A stretch of DNA of 64,000 bases from Candidatus Zhuqueibacterota bacterium (GTDB taxonomy: Bacteria > Zhuqueibacterota > Zhuqueibacteria > Thermofontimicrobiales > Thermofontimicrobiaceae), in assembly GCA_049322915.1 (NCBI GenBank), contig JBMOPW010000032.1, positions 64,001 through 128,000 of the forward strand, written 5' to 3'. The notes beneath the pieces were generated by a model. That model was not told the DNA's origin. It did no database searches and worked only from the letters and a program-made list of their open reading frames with translations. Positions 1 through 9,287 of this stretch are shown here, one piece after another. The position numbers and the translations under genes were made by a program. Position 1 is the first letter of the stretch; the number at the start of each line of letters is the position of its first letter.

Positions 1-170
1 TGGCTTTGGAACGTGATTTCTTTTTTTACATTGTAAAATAAAACAGTGGGCTCAGGCAGCAGATTTAATCACCGATTAAAATGTCGTTCGAACGGAATGG
101 CATGGAAATTGGCGCCAAACGCCCGGGATGAGATACGTCGTGACTCGGGTCAATCAATAACTATCGGAAT

Positions 171-773
171 ATGTCAACAGGTTATTTCTCAAATTCAATG
201 CAGCGGGCAGTGGATGAGTTATCCAAATTGCCCGGGATCGGAAAAAAGTCGGCGCAACGCATCGTGTTTTTCTTGCTCAAAATACCGCGAGATGAGGTGG
301 CTGCTCTGGCACAGGCGCTGACGAGTGTGAAGGATAGCGCCACATATTGTTCCATTTGTTTCAATATCACCGATACCAATCCCTGCGCCATTTGTACGAA
401 TACGAAAAGAGACCAAACGACGATCTGCATTGTTGAAGAAGCGAACGATGTCCTCGCTTTTGAAAAGACAGGAGAATACAAAGGCCTTTATCACGTACTC
501 GGCGGAGCGTTATCGCCTTTGGATGGCATCGGGCCGGATGATTTGAAAGTGAAAGAATTATTAGCGCGTCTCACTGACGATGTGAGGGAGGTCATCCTGG
601 CGAATAATCCGAATGTCGAAGGAGAGGCAACGGCTCTTTATCTGGCAAAATTGATGAAGCCATTAGGATTGAAAATCACTCGAATTGCCCGCGGAATACC
701 CGTGGGCACTGACATCGAGTATGCCGATGAAATCACGCTGGCAAAGGCGCTGGAAGGAAGAGTTTCGATATGA
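171..773 (+). CDS. recR: Recombination mediator RecR
   Basis: HhH motif LPGIGKKSAQR, C4 zinc finger (CSIC..CAIC), Toprim motifs YHVLGG and NPNVEGEATA. Confidence 0.97.
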   Translation: MSTGYFSNSMQRAVDELSKLPGIGKKSAQRIVFFLLKIPRDEVAALAQALTSVKDSATYCSICFNITDTNPCAICTNTKRDQTTICIVEEANDVLAFEKTGEYKGLYHVLGGALSPLDGIGPDDLKVKELLARLTDDVREVILANNPNVEGEATALYLAKLMKPLGLKITRIARGIPVGTDIEYADEITLAKALEGRVSI

Positions 774-881
774 AAAGTCACAGCGCTCTCCTTCCAAGGA
801 ATGGATAAATCAGATTGACATGCAGCTTCATGAAATTCGTGATTAACCCGAAGATTATTTAGTATGTACCGGGGAGCAAGA

Positions 882-1502
882 ATGAATTTTCCCACGCAAT
901 TAACAGTGCTTCGAATTATTCTTACACCGGTTTTCCTTTTCCTAATATTCATCCATGGATTCAATTTTAAATTACTTGCATTTCTCGTTTTCATCATCGC
1001 CAGCCTGACGGATTGGTACGATGGCTACTATGCAAGGAAATTCGGGACTGTTTCCAAATGGGGTAAATTTCTGGACCCGCTGGCGGATAAGATTTTAGTA
1101 TCCGCCGCTTTGTTTGCCTTTTATAGCCTCGGCTATATAAAACTGTGGGTTGTCATCATCATTGTCGCTCGCGATTTTTTAATAACCGGCCTGCGTTCGT
1201 ATGCCCTGTTTAAGCAGCGTCCCGTTGTCACTTCGCAATTAGCCCGCGTCAAAACCTTTGTACAGATGGGCTCGGTTTTTATCATCTTTATCTATATGAT
1301 GTTCGATCACCTTGCTTTATCCCGGGATTCGCAATTCCAGATGATTGAGTTATTAACGAAAATTCAGTTCATCGATCGGATGATGGTGTTTGTGGTTTTT
1401 CTCACGGTGTACACAGCCATCATGTATTTAATTGAAAACCGCAACCATGTCACCGATTTTTTGAAAGCATGTTTCAGCGTTTTTAAACCGTCAGGCCTGT
1501 GA
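882..1502 (+). CDS. pgsA: CDP-diacylglycerol--glycerol-3-phosphate 3-phosphatidyltransferase
   Basis: N-terminal MNFPTQLTVLR; CDP-alcohol phosphotransferase motif DWYDGYYAR..GKFLDPLADK; start placed at ATG 882. Confidence 0.92.
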   Translation: MNFPTQLTVLRIILTPVFLFLIFIHGFNFKLLAFLVFIIASLTDWYDGYYARKFGTVSKWGKFLDPLADKILVSAALFAFYSLGYIKLWVVIIIVARDFLITGLRSYALFKQRPVVTSQLARVKTFVQMGSVFIIFIYMMFDHLALSRDSQFQMIELLTKIQFIDRMMVFVVFLTVYTAIMYLIENRNHVTDFLKACFSVFKPSGL

Positions 1503-1622
1503 ACCCGAAAGATTCACGAAGCACCGGCTGAACGAACGTCTAAATCCATTTCCCTGATGAATTGCCGGGGACTGTGCCCTACGCCTCACCATGTCTCCCC
1601 TAAATCAAAGAAGGCTAAGCCG

Positions 1623-2090
1623 ATGATTTTCTTCTCGAGAGTGATCGCGACGTTTTTAGGCATTGGATACTCGCCTGTTGCACCAGGCACGATGGGCGCA
1701 CTGGCGCTGGCTGTTTTGTATTGGTTTCTCCCAACGTTAACGGCCTTGCAGTTGCTGGGGGTAATCTGCGTTGTGATTTTTTTCGGTGTGCACTGCTCGT
1801 CAGTCACAGAGAAAGCGACGCAGGAAAAGCTGGGGCATGAAAAAGGAAATGACCCCGGAATCATCGTCATTGATGAGGTTGCCGGTATGCTCATCGCCCT
1901 GATCGCTCTCCCCAAAACGCTGCCGTACGTCGCGGCTGCTTTTGTGCTATTCAGAGTATTCGATATTTTCAAGCCGTTCCCTGTCAGAAAATTTGAAAAG
2001 CTGCCAGCCGGTTGGGGGATCATGTTCGATGATGTAATGGCCGGGATTTATGCGAACCTGATTTTACAGATCGCCGTGTTCGTGCTTTGA
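1623..2090 (+). CDS. pgpA: Phosphatidylglycerophosphatase A
   Basis: APGTMG, DPGIIVIDEVAG, FRVFDIFKP and GIMFDDVMAG motifs; start placed at ATG 1623. Confidence 0.93.
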   Translation: MIFFSRVIATFLGIGYSPVAPGTMGALALAVLYWFLPTLTALQLLGVICVVIFFGVHCSSVTEKATQEKLGHEKGNDPGIIVIDEVAGMLIALIALPKTLPYVAAAFVLFRVFDIFKPFPVRKFEKLPAGWGIMFDDVMAGIYANLILQIAVFVL

Positions 2091-2193
2091 TGAGTGAATT
2101 GATCTTTTCCTCATGATTTTCATGAGTTGAAAAAGATTGACCACTATCGGGCGAGGTCCGGGAAGTTTGATGATTCACAATTCAAAAAAAATC

Positions 2194-2222
2194 TTGATTA
2201 ATAGATTTGTTTATTGTATATT
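2194..2222 (+). promoter_or_regulatory. Putative sigma70 promoter for thpR-recA
   Basis: TTGATT-N17-TATATT. Confidence 0.5.
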
Positions 2223-2284
2223 TTAATCAAGAATTTGCCGCATGTTATCTTGCTTTCAGCAGGCCAATGAGTCGGGGAAATGGA

Positions 2285-2854
2285 ATGTCGTTGATTCGTA
2301 CTTTTATTGCCATTCAAATTCCGGCGGAGATGAAGAAGGAGATCGGAACGCTTCAGGAAAAATTCAAATCTGTTGGAAAAAGTGTCAGTTGGGTGAGACC
2401 TGAAAATATCCATGTCACATTGAAATTTTTAGGTGACACGAATGAAGCGCGCATCGATGAGATTGAGGGGAAAATCAAACTGGCGGTCAGCGGCGTTCAA
2501 CCATTTCAGATTGAAGTCAAGGGCGTCGGCGCCTTTCCAAACTTACGGCGACCCAGGGTCATTTGGGTTGGCGCGGCGAGCGAACCTGCTATGCTGGAAA
2601 CAATCGTCGAGAAACTTGAGAAAAATTTGAAGGAGTTGGGTTTTAAACCGGAAGATCGGAAATTCACAGCACATCTGACAATAGGTCGGGTGAAAGACGC
2701 GCCGGATGGCGTCGCGCTGTCCGGGAAGGTTCAGGCGTTTGCCCAATTCAATGCCGGATCATTCGAGACTGCGTCCATTGAATTGATAAAAAGTGACCTG
2801 CTCCCGACGGGCGCAAGATATACCACGCTGAGAAAAATCGTGCTACTTAATTAG
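2285..2854 (+). CDS. thpR: RNA 2',3'-cyclic phosphodiesterase (2H family)
   Basis: RTFIAI start, two HxT motifs (HVTLKFLG, HLTIGR), FP..RRPRVIWVG; typical position before recA. Confidence 0.92.
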   Translation: MSLIRTFIAIQIPAEMKKEIGTLQEKFKSVGKSVSWVRPENIHVTLKFLGDTNEARIDEIEGKIKLAVSGVQPFQIEVKGVGAFPNLRRPRVIWVGAASEPAMLETIVEKLEKNLKELGFKPEDRKFTAHLTIGRVKDAPDGVALSGKVQAFAQFNAGSFETASIELIKSDLLPTGARYTTLRKIVLLN

Positions 2855-2894
2855 AAGCGTTGTTCAACAATTTACTTTATAACTGAGGTAAACT

Positions 2895-3941
2895 ATGTCC
2901 AATGATATGGAAGAACGAAAGAAAGCATTGGAACTTGCAATAACCCAAATCGACCGGCAGTTTGGCAAAGGCTCGGTGATGCGTCTGGGAGATGAGAAAG
3001 CGCGCGAGCGGGTGAAGGTGATCTCGACCGGCTCCATTTCTCTGGATGCCGCATTGGGCATTGGCGGCATTCCGCGCGGCCGCATCATCGAAATATTTGG
3101 CCCGGAATCTTCGGGCAAGACGACGCTGGCTCTGCATGTGATTGCAGAGTCGCAAAAGCTCGGCGGGTTGGCAGCTTTCATCGATGCGGAACATGCGCTG
3201 GATGCGGCTTATTCTAAAAATTTAGGGGTGGATACGGAGAACCTGCTCATCTCGCAACCGGATACCGGCGAACAGGCTTTGGAAATTACAGAGACCCTGG
3301 TGCGCAGCGGTGCGATTGATTTGATCGTCATCGATTCCGTGGCGGCATTGGTGCCTCGCGCTGAAATCGAAGGTGAAATGGGTGATGCACAGATGGGATT
3401 GCAGGCGCGACTGATGTCCCAGGCCATGCGAAAACTCTCCGGCGCCATCAGCAAATCCAATTCGTGCGTCATTTTCATCAATCAGATTCGGGAAAAAATT
3501 GGCGTGCTGTTCGGTAATCCGGAGACCACCACCGGCGGCCGGGCGCTGAAATTTTATGCATCAGTCAGAATTGATATTCGAAAGACGGCGTCGATCAAAG
3601 ATAAAGAAAATATCATCGGCAATCGGACAAAAGTGAAGGTGGTAAAAAATAAAATGGCGCCACCGTTTCGTGAAGCCGAGTTCGATATCATGTACGGGAC
3701 AGGCATCTCGCGTGAGGGCGATGTGATCGATCAGGCCGTGAACCACGAAATCATAGAGAAAAGCGGCACGTGGTTTTCGTTCGGCGATGTTCGCATGGGA
3801 CAGGGACGCGAGAATGTGAAACGATTCCTACTTGAAAATCCCGACATTTACAATGAAATCGAACTGAAGGTGCGAAAAGCGATGGGTATTCTATTCGATT
3901 CGAAAGAAGAAGAAAAACCCGCCGCAAAGCCACAGGCATAA
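2895..3941 (+). CDS. recA: Recombinase RecA
   Basis: Walker [27 protein letters not shown]. Confidence 0.99.
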   Translation: MSNDMEERKKALELAITQIDRQFGKGSVMRLGDEKARERVKVISTGSISLDAALGIGGIPRGRIIEIFGPESSGKTTLALHVIAESQKLGGLAAFIDAEHALDAAYSKNLGVDTENLLISQPDTGEQALEITETLVRSGAIDLIVIDSVAALVPRAEIEGEMGDAQMGLQARLMSQAMRKLSGAISKSNSCVIFINQIREKIGVLFGNPETTTGGRALKFYASVRIDIRKTASIKDKENIIGNRTKVKVVKNKMAPPFREAEFDIMYGTGISREGDVIDQAVNHEIIEKSGTWFSFGDVRMGQGRENVKRFLLENPDIYNEIELKVRKAMGILFDSKEEEKPAAKPQA

Positions 3942-4028
3942 AAAATTTTCCCCAGTGGGATGGATATCAAAGTCGGGATATGCACCGTGTCATAATCTTG
4001 TAACCATTTTCATTCACGAAATAGTCAG

Positions 4029-4700
4029 ATGGTGACTAAAAAAATTACCCAGATTGTTATTCAGCAAAAACGAAAAAATCGGTGTTCAATATTTCTGGAT
4101 GATGAATTCGCTTTTGGGCTGAACGAGGATGTTGTTTTTCAATATGGATTAAAAAAGGGGGATGAATTAACAGAGAAACAGGTTGAAGAGATACTTGTTT
4201 CCGAAGAGAAGAAAGCGGCCAAAGAACGGGCATTGAATCTGTTATCGTTTCGCGACCGAAGCGAGAAGGAGCTACGGACAAAGCTGAAGCAGGCTGGTTT
4301 TCAGGAGGCTAACGTCGACAGCGCCATCGATGAACTGAAGCGCCTCCGCTTCATTGATGATAGAAAATTTGCAATGAATTTTGCTCAGAGTAAAATGATG
4401 GCAAAGCCCTTGGGCGAATTTCTGCTCCGACGGGAGTTGAAGCAGAAAGGGATCGATGAAGAAATCATCGAACAGGTAATTGAAAATATTTTTGGAGAAA
4501 CAGATCAGGTAGCGCTGGCACTTCGAATTGCCGGACAAAAATTGAGACAAATTAAGAACCTGGATGAAACGAAGAAGAAAAGACGCGTGAGCGATTTGCT
4601 GCTGCGTCGCGGATTTAATTGGGATGTGGTCTCACAGGTGTTGGACCAGTGGGACGACTTGGGTGCTACGGATGAAGGGCCCGATGCAAATGGTGGGTGA
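4029..4700 (+). CDS. recX: Regulatory protein RecX
   Basis: ALNLLSFRDRSEKEL, ELKQKGI and LLRRGF motifs; directly after recA. Confidence 0.92.
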   Translation: MVTKKITQIVIQQKRKNRCSIFLDDEFAFGLNEDVVFQYGLKKGDELTEKQVEEILVSEEKKAAKERALNLLSFRDRSEKELRTKLKQAGFQEANVDSAIDELKRLRFIDDRKFAMNFAQSKMMAKPLGEFLLRRELKQKGIDEEIIEQVIENIFGETDQVALALRIAGQKLRQIKNLDETKKKRRVSDLLLRRGFNWDVVSQVLDQWDDLGATDEGPDANGG

Positions 4701-4861
4701 ATTTTGATACAATGTCATTCAAAATTTAGCATTTAACAATACGAGACACGTTCAAAAAGTAATTGCCCAATGTGGTTCCCCGAAGAAAATCTTCATTTCA
4801 ACCCGCTTCGCAGTGTAACAGACAGACGGTAATAATTCATTTCCAATGGAAAAGGTGTAAC

Positions 4862-7489
4862 ATGACATCGAAAGAGATACGCAGTTCGTTCATTAGATTT
4901 TTTGAAAAATACAATCACAAATTCGTCCCCAGTTCGCCGGTGGTTCCCATTGATGATGCCACATTGTTGTTTGCAAATGCAGGAATGAATCAGTTCAAAA
5001 ACATTTTCCTGGAACTCGAAAAACGCGACTATACGCGCGCGGTCAACTCACAGAAGTGCATTCGAGTGAGCGGAAAACACAACGATCTTGAAGAAGTCGG
5101 CAAGGATACTTATCATCATACGTTTTTCGAAATGCTGGGCAACTGGTCGTTTGGCGATTATTATAAAAAGGAAGCCATCGCGTGGGCATGGGAATTGCTG
5201 ACCGACGTCTGGAAATTGCCGAAAGATAAACTTTACGCAACGGTTTTCCGGGAAGATGATGAAGCAGAATCGCTGTGGTGGTCTGTCACGGATATTCAGA
5301 AAAATCATGTGTTGCGTTTCGATGAAAAGGATAATTTCTGGGAAATGGGCGAAATCGGTCCGTGCGGCCCCTGTTCTGAAATTCATATTGATCTGGGCCC
5401 GGGGGCTTGCGATAAAAAAAATGTACCTGGCCACACATGTCATGTAAACGGCGGTTGTGCCCGTTATATTGAACTGTGGAATCTTGTTTTCATTCAGTAC
5501 AATCGTGAGACAGACCATTCCCTCACCGAACTGCCAGCGAAGCATGTGGATACCGGCATGGGATTTGAGCGGGTCGTTTCGGTGCTGCAAGGAGTACCTT
5601 CAAATTACGACACGGATATTTTCAAACCCATCATCAATAAGATCGCCGAACTGACGGACAGTCCCTACGAACAGGGAACTGCGGGCATGGCGCATCGCGT
5701 GATTGCCGACCATGTACGCGCGTTGACATTTGCCATTGCTGATGGCGCCTTGCCTTCAAACGATGGGCGTGGCTATGTGCTGCGACGTATTTTGCGGCGG
5801 GCAGCGCGCTTTGCCCGGACGTTGAATGTGACGGACCCGGTCATCTACAAATTAGTTCCCACAGTGGTGGATGTCATGGGGCAGGCGTTCCATGAAATTA
5901 AAGATAAACATCAGTACGTCGCCATGGTGATCAAGTCCGAGGAGGAGAGCTTCAACAATACGCTGGATAGAGGCATCGAGCTTTTTGAAAAATTAGTGCT
6001 GGAATTGTCAGCTAAAAAAATCCGTGAGATACCCGGCGAGGAAGCATTTCGTCTGTATGACACGTACGGTTTCCCGCTGGACCTCACGCAGCTCATGGCA
6101 GAGGAAAAAAACATGACAGTCGATGAACGCGGATTTCAGGACGAAATGGAAAAACAACGAGAGCGCGCTCGGAAGGCTGGCAAATGGGATTACAATCTGG
6201 AAGTGAATTTTAATGATTGGGAAATAGTGAGTTCCGGCTCAGATTCTGAATTTCTGGGATATACTTCGCTGAATACACCGGCGCAAATTCGAATGATGAA
6301 GCGGGAGGCGGATCAACTCTACCTTGTTCTGGACAGGACTCCCTTTTATGCTGAATCCGGCGGGCAGGTCGGCGATCAGGGTGAGATTGAGGGGACTGGC
6401 GTACTTCTGGCCGTGACCAATACAATTCGAATTGGCGAAAAGATTGTTCACATCGCCAAAGGTGATTTGCCAGTAGCGCTGAAAAATCCCAATGTCACCG
6501 CCAGAGTGAAGCGGGATCAGCGGATGAGCACGGCGCGAAATCACACAGCCACTCATTTGCTTCAGGCCGCCTTACGACAGGTGCTGGGCGACCATGTTCA
6601 CCAATCCGGTTCGCTGGTAACTCCGTTTCGTTTGAGATTTGACCTGACTCATTTCGAACGTATTTCCAGCGAGCAGTTGGAAAAGATTGAGCAAATCGTC
6701 AATGAAAAAATATTGGAAAATATACAAGTTGATGTGCAGCATACGACCTACGACAAAGCCAGAGAAATGGGCGCCATGGCGCTGTTCGGTGAAAAATATG
6801 GGGACGAGGTTCGTGTGATTCAAATCGGCGAATACAGCATGGAGCTTTGCGGCGGGACTCATGCTTCGGCCACTGGCCAGATTGGGCTATTCCGTATTGT
6901 TTCCGAATCCAGCGTGGCGGCTGGAATTCGCCGCATCGAAGCCACCACCGGAGAAGAGTCCCTGCGTCGCGTTAACCAGGAGCGGGTTATTCTTTCTGCT
7001 GTCGCTGATTCGTTGAATACCCCGGTGGATGAAATTACGCAACGAATTCTTCATTTGCTGAATGAGAAAAAGGCGCTGGAAAAAGAGCTACAGAAATTAC
7101 GTATGCAGGACTCTGCTCAGGAAGTGTCGAAGTGGATAGAAAATGCGCTGCAGATCGATTCGTTCAAACTTGTGGTCAGCAAATTGCAGCCGGAGTCAGT
7201 GGATGAACTGAAGAAGATCGGCGATGAGCTTCGGAATCGACTGAAGTCCGGAATTGGGCTGATTGGCGCAATCATCGATGACAAGATCAATTTTCTGTGC
7301 GTGGTGACGGATGATCTGGTTGCGCAGAAAAATTTAAAAGCCGGGGACATCGTAAAATCAGTGGCGTCCATTGCTGGTGGAAGCGGAGGCGGTCGGCCGC
7401 AAATTGCGTTGGCCGGGGCAAAAGATCTGGCCAAATTCGATGCTGCGCTGGCTGAGACCGAGAAGATCGTGCGATCGAAATTGAATTGA
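4862..7489 (+). CDS. alaS: Alanine--tRNA ligase
   Basis: LLFANAGMNQFK, HHTFFEMLGNWSFGDY, editing motifs HTATHLL and ELCGGTH, C-terminal GGSGGG; start placed at ATG 4862. Confidence 0.99.
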   Translation: MTSKEIRSSFIRFFEKYNHKFVPSSPVVPIDDATLLFANAGMNQFKNIFLELEKRDYTRAVNSQKCIRVSGKHNDLEEVGKDTYHHTFFEMLGNWSFGDYYKKEAIAWAWELLTDVWKLPKDKLYATVFREDDEAESLWWSVTDIQKNHVLRFDEKDNFWEMGEIGPCGPCSEIHIDLGPGACDKKNVPGHTCHVNGGCARYIELWNLVFIQYNRETDHSLTELPAKHVDTGMGFERVVSVLQGVPSNYDTDIFKPIINKIAELTDSPYEQGTAGMAHRVIADHVRALTFAIADGALPSNDGRGYVLRRILRRAARFARTLNVTDPVIYKLVPTVVDVMGQAFHEIKDKHQYVAMVIKSEEESFNNTLDRGIELFEKLVLELSAKKIREIPGEEAFRLYDTYGFPLDLTQLMAEEKNMTVDERGFQDEMEKQRERARKAGKWDYNLEVNFNDWEIVSSGSDSEFLGYTSLNTPAQIRMMKREADQLYLVLDRTPFYAESGGQVGDQGEIEGTGVLLAVTNTIRIGEKIVHIAKGDLPVALKNPNVTARVKRDQRMSTARNHTATHLLQAALRQVLGDHVHQSGSLVTPFRLRFDLTHFERISSEQLEKIEQIVNEKILENIQVDVQHTTYDKAREMGAMALFGEKYGDEVRVIQIGEYSMELCGGTHASATGQIGLFRIVSESSVAAGIRRIEATTGEESLRRVNQERVILSAVADSLNTPVDEITQRILHLLNEKKALEKELQKLRMQDSAQEVSKWIENALQIDSFKLVVSKLQPESVDELKKIGDELRNRLKSGIGLIGAIIDDKINFLCVVTDDLVAQKNLKAGDIVKSVASIAGGSGGGRPQIALAGAKDLAKFDAALAETEKIVRSKLN

Positions 7490-7503
7490 AAATGAGACCA
7501 AAC

Positions 7504-8247
7504 ATGAGTACCTGGGAAAAGTTGCTTGCCATTCAGAAACAATGGGGTACCGGCTATGTGGTGCTGATAGACCCTGATAAACAACCGCTGGAACATAGCG
7601 TGAAACTTGCCCTGCGCGCAGAGCAGGAAGGCGCAGATGTTATCTTCATCGGAGGGAGTTTGCTTTCCACACCGATATTTGATGAACTTGTGAAACAGAT
7701 CAAAGAAAGTGTGAAACTGCCGGTCATTATTTTTCCGGGCGGGGTCCAGCAAATTTCCCGACATGCAGATGCTATCTTGTTCATGTCCGTCATCAGTGGA
7801 AGGAATCCGGATTTATTGATCGGTCAGCACGTCATGGCTGCACCGATAATCAGGATGTTAAAAATCGAAGCTATCAGTATGGGCTATATGCTTATCGAAT
7901 CCGGTCGCGTCACTTCCGCCGAGTTCATGAGCAACACAAAACCAATTCCACGTGATAAGGCTGATATCGCTCTGGCCCATGCTCTGGCCGCAGAATACCT
8001 GGGGATGAAACTGATTTATCTTGAAGCGGGCAGCGGGGCGCTTGAGCCAGTGCCGGATGAGATGATTTCCGCAATTGCCAAAACATGCCGCCTGCCCATC
8101 ATTGTCGGCGGGGGAATCAGGACGCCGGAGATTGCCAGACAAAAAGCCGATGCCGGCGCGTCTTTCATCGTTATTGGCAATGTATTGGAGACTAATTCAG
8201 AGAGAGGGGCTATTTCTCAATTCTCTCACGCGATTCACCGACGTTAA
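7504..8247 (+). CDS. Geranylgeranylglyceryl phosphate synthase, group II (GGGP/HepGP family)
   Basis: LIDPDK, IGGS, FPG, ISGRNPDLLIG, YLEAGSGA and VGGGIR motifs. Confidence 0.9.
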   Translation: MSTWEKLLAIQKQWGTGYVVLIDPDKQPLEHSVKLALRAEQEGADVIFIGGSLLSTPIFDELVKQIKESVKLPVIIFPGGVQQISRHADAILFMSVISGRNPDLLIGQHVMAAPIIRMLKIEAISMGYMLIESGRVTSAEFMSNTKPIPRDKADIALAHALAAEYLGMKLIYLEAGSGALEPVPDEMISAIAKTCRLPIIVGGGIRTPEIARQKADAGASFIVIGNVLETNSERGAISQFSHAIHRR

Positions 8248-8258
8248 AAAAAACTGAA

Positions 8259-9068
8259 ATGACTATGAGCCCGAAATTAATAGATATTCATTCCCATATT
8301 CTTCCCTTCATCGATGACGGTTCGGAAAACTGGGAAAGTTCCCTTAGCATGCTGCAGAATGGTGAGAAGGAAGGTATTGTTGCCATTGTTGCGACGCCCC
8401 ATGTGCTGAGCCAGACAGATTTTAAATCGGAACAAAAGATTATTGACGCCTATCTTGAACTGCAACGTCGGGCTGTTCAGGCCGGACTCAAAATAAAAAT
8501 TTATTTGGGATGTGAAATTTATGCTCAGCATGACACGTCCCTGAACTACCAGATCGCGACTTTGAATAACAATAAAAAGTACTTTCTGATGGAATTTCCG
8601 ATGAGCAGCATACCCCGTTTTGTCCCTGAGATGTTTTTCAAATTCATCGTGAATGAAAAAATTCCCATTGTGGCGCACCCGGAGCGGAATCTCGGTTTTC
8701 AAATGAAACCCATGCTTGTGTACGACTATGTGCAGCGCGGCGCGCTCATGCAAATCAACGAGGGCAGTTTACGGGGAAAATATGGCCAGCATGCTCAAAT
8801 GTTAGCCGTGAAAATGATCGAAAATAATCTGGCGCATTTTATCGCATCTGATGGTCACAAACCAGATGGCCGGACTGTGACGCTGTTGCAGAGTTACGAG
8901 GCCGTTGCAAAAAATTTCGGCAAAGACAAGGCAGAACTCCTGTTCTGCCTGAATCCCAAAAAGGCCATCAATGGCGAGCCCATTATCAACGACAATCCCC
9001 TTCCGATCGAGAGTGAATTGAAGCCAAAATTCTGGCAGAAGTTCAAGTGGTTCAAGAAAAGCATTTAA
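8259..9068 (+). CDS. CpsB/CapC-family PHP protein-tyrosine phosphatase
   Basis: IDIHSHILP..DDG, ATPH, AHPERN and ASDGH motifs. Confidence 0.88.
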   Translation: MTMSPKLIDIHSHILPFIDDGSENWESSLSMLQNGEKEGIVAIVATPHVLSQTDFKSEQKIIDAYLELQRRAVQAGLKIKIYLGCEIYAQHDTSLNYQIATLNNNKKYFLMEFPMSSIPRFVPEMFFKFIVNEKIPIVAHPERNLGFQMKPMLVYDYVQRGALMQINEGSLRGKYGQHAQMLAVKMIENNLAHFIASDGHKPDGRTVTLLQSYEAVAKNFGKDKAELLFCLNPKKAINGEPIINDNPLPIESELKPKFWQKFKWFKKSI

Positions 9069-9174
9069 TTTGACGATTGTGTTTACTGCGTTATTTTTTA
9101 CCACCGCCTTGATTTCACTGGTACGCTCATATTCCCGGCATCCTCAACGCAAGGGAAAATAAATTAAAATTTTC

Positions 9175-9202
9175 TTGATTATTTTGCAATTAATGTTATA
9201 TT
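9175..9202 (+). promoter_or_regulatory. Putative sigma70 promoter (extended -10) for the sensor kinase
   Basis: TTGATT-N16-TATATT with TG before the -10. Confidence 0.45.
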
Positions 9203-9287
9203 CCACATACACCAGACCTGATCATGGCCACGAGTCGGAAACAGGTATTTTACAGTAACGACAACGGTTAAAGTACGGGTATAGCCC

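Noticed and set aside
98..113. Sigma54-like TGGCATGGAAATTGGC before recR
   Set aside because: The -12 position is GG rather than GC
4701..4861. Possible T-box leader before alaS
   Set aside because: TGGTTCC does not match UGGNACC, and no stem I or terminator is evident
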